Assembly (NCBI RefSeq): GCF_003945235.1
Contig: NZ_RSDW01000001.1
Coordinates: 5,160,001-5,192,000 of the forward strand
Length of the DNA: 32,000 nucleotides
Direction of reading: 5' to 3'
Origin: Edaphobacter aggregans
GTDB lineage: Bacteria; Acidobacteriota; Terriglobia; Terriglobales; Acidobacteriaceae
Part shown: piece by piece, positions 30,869 to 32,000 of the stretch
Numbering within the stretch: position 1 is the stretch's first letter
Layout: the number at the start of each line of letters is the position of its first letter
Notes under the pieces: model-generated
What the model was told of the DNA's origin: nothing
Seen by the model: only the letters and a program-made list of their open reading frames with translations
Databases searched by the model: none
Made by a program: the position numbers and the translations under genes

Positions 30869-32000
30869 ATGCCGCCCAGCACCACCGCTGCAACGAAACA
30901 GATTCGCAAAGTCGCTGTCCTTGGCGCTGGAACCATGGGGTCGCGTATCGCTGCGCACATCGCGAATGCCGGCTTGCCTGTGGTGCTGCTCGACATCGTT
31001 CCCCCAGGAACCGCGACGGACGCTTCGAAGGCTGAGCGCAGCAAATTTGTTCTCAGCGCGCTGGATGGATTGAAGAAGTCCAAACCTGCGGCCTTTTACA
31101 TTCCTGAGAGCGCACGCTTGATCACGATAGGGAACTTCGATGATGATCTTGCGCTGATTGCCGACTGTGATTGGGTCATCGAGGTGGTCGCGGAGAATCT
31201 TGAGATTAAGCACGCGCTGCTGCAAAGGGCGGAGCAGCATCTTCGTGCTGGCTCAATTCTGACGACCAATACGAGCGGCCTGCCCATCGCCAACATTGCA
31301 GCCGGTCTCAAGCCCGAGACGCGGGCACGGTTTTTCGGGACGCATTTTTTCAACCCACCTCGTTACATGAGATTGCTCGAGATCATTCCTACGCACGAGA
31401 CGGACTCTGAGGCTATGGCCACGCTTGCGCACTTCTGCGATCAGCGGCTTGGGAAGACGATCGTTCGCTCGCACGATACGCCGAACTTCATCGCCAACCG
31501 CATCGGGACGTTCAGTATGGGGAATGCGATTCGGCTGATGCAGGAGCAAGGGCTGACCATCGAAGAGGTAGACGCGTTGACAGGATCAGCGCTGGGGTGG
31601 CCGAAGACTGGGACCTTCCGACTGGGCGACATGGTTGGGATCGACGTGCTGGCGCATGTCGCGAATAACTTTTCTGCGCAGGCTGCCGCGATCAAGGATG
31701 AACGAGCGGAGATCGTGCTGGCTCCATTTATCGGCAAGATGATCGAGCAGAAATGGCTCGGAGATAAAGTGGGGCAGGGGTTTTACAAGAAGGCGGGCAA
31801 GGACGCGGAGGGACGTGATCTGCGGCACGTTCTCGATTGGCAGACGCTCGACTACAAGCCAGTAACGCGTCCGAAGTTTCCCGCGATCGATATGGCGAAG
31901 AATGTAGAGTCAACTGGCGCACGGGTAGCGCAGCTGCTTCATGCCGATGTTCGTACGGATAAGGCTGCGCGATTTTACTGGCCGCTGCTGACGGAGTTGT
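30869..32000 (+). CDS. 3-hydroxyacyl-CoA dehydrogenase family protein (long FadB/FadN-like form), 5' part; runs off the right edge
   Basis: It is not in the ORF track because no stop is reached. My translation is MPPSTTAATKQIRKVAVLGAGTMGSRIAAHIANAGLPVVLLDI.. (Rossmann GxGxxG), ..ILTTNTSGL.., ..GTHFFNPPRYMRLLEII.., ..DTPNFIANRIG... The frame is open for 377 codons to base 32000. Confidence 0.9.
   Translation, partial: MPPSTTAATKQIRKVAVLGAGTMGSRIAAHIANAGLPVVLLDIVPPGTATDASKAERSKFVLSALDGLKKSKPAAFYIPESARLITIGNFDDDLALIADCDWVIEVVAENLEIKHALLQRAEQHLRAGSILTTNTSGLPIANIAAGLKPETRARFFGTHFFNPPRYMRLLEIIPTHETDSEAMATLAHFCDQRLGKTIVRSHDTPNFIANRIGTFSMGNAIRLMQEQGLTIEEVDALTGSALGWPKTGTFRLGDMVGIDVLAHVANNFSAQAAAIKDERAEIVLAPFIGKMIEQKWLGDKVGQGFYKKAGKDAEGRDLRHVLDWQTLDYKPVTRPKFPAIDMAKNVESTGARVAQLLHADVRTDKAARFYWPLLTEL

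Noticed and set aside
30574-31035. A 153-aa + strand ORF across the lyase start and the 5' end of the dehydrogenase gene.
   Set aside because: It is out of frame with the clearly recognisable 3-hydroxyacyl-CoA dehydrogenase reading frame that starts at 30869. It also overlaps the lyase gene antisense.

Overview
GC-rich bacterial chromosomal segment. The strong GC3 bias produces many long shadow ORFs. The gene content looks like Acidobacteriota, which is inference rather than a database hit: a carboxypeptidase-regulatory-domain TonB-dependent receptor with no SusD partner, a TIGR03436-like secreted VWA protein, paired M16 peptidases, and many Sec/TAT-exported glycan enzymes. I call 28 protein-coding genes, two of them truncated by the window edges. 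The right-edge gene is absent from the ORF track because it has no stop codon. I see no rRNA, tRNA, CRISPR array, transposase, integrase or recognisable defence genes.

Gene blocks:
- 191-4160: a translationally coupled YtrA-type GntR, ABC ATPase and 7-TM protein, followed by a VWA protein.
- 4194-6260: an ArsR-led stress-type operon (SRPBCC, small membrane protein, VOC, then DUF1801).
- 6491-8577: an uncharacterised membrane-anchored protein coupled to a beta-propeller protein.
- 8759-10195: glmU.
- 10344-10769: a small secreted orphan.
- 11236-15605: a LytS-type kinase and LytTR regulator, divergent from a cytochrome P460-family gene and a Wzi-like outer-membrane gene.
- 15715-20232: an M48 protease, a lipoprotein, and an active/inactive M16 peptidase pair.
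- 20396-30655: a glycan-utilisation cluster of TBDR, GH2, ROK regulator, GH88/105 hydrolase and an alginate-lyase-family lyase.
- 30869-32000: a partial 3-hydroxyacyl-CoA dehydrogenase.

The structure least explained by genes lies around the two-component system. A ~0.45 kb ORF-less, strand-asymmetric block sits immediately 3' of the LytTR gene. It contains a perfect 10-bp direct repeat at 20-bp spacing and four to five 21-22-nt tandem units with CCGTT/TCGTT cores, and it is bounded by a strong bidirectional terminator. I read it as a candidate LytTR-controlled regulatory RNA or binding-site array, but this is hypothesis only. Other sequence-level oddities are a 33-nt imperfect direct repeat (29/33 identical) that duplicates the last codons and stop of the P460 gene on the far side of the wzi-like gene, and a REP-like element family.
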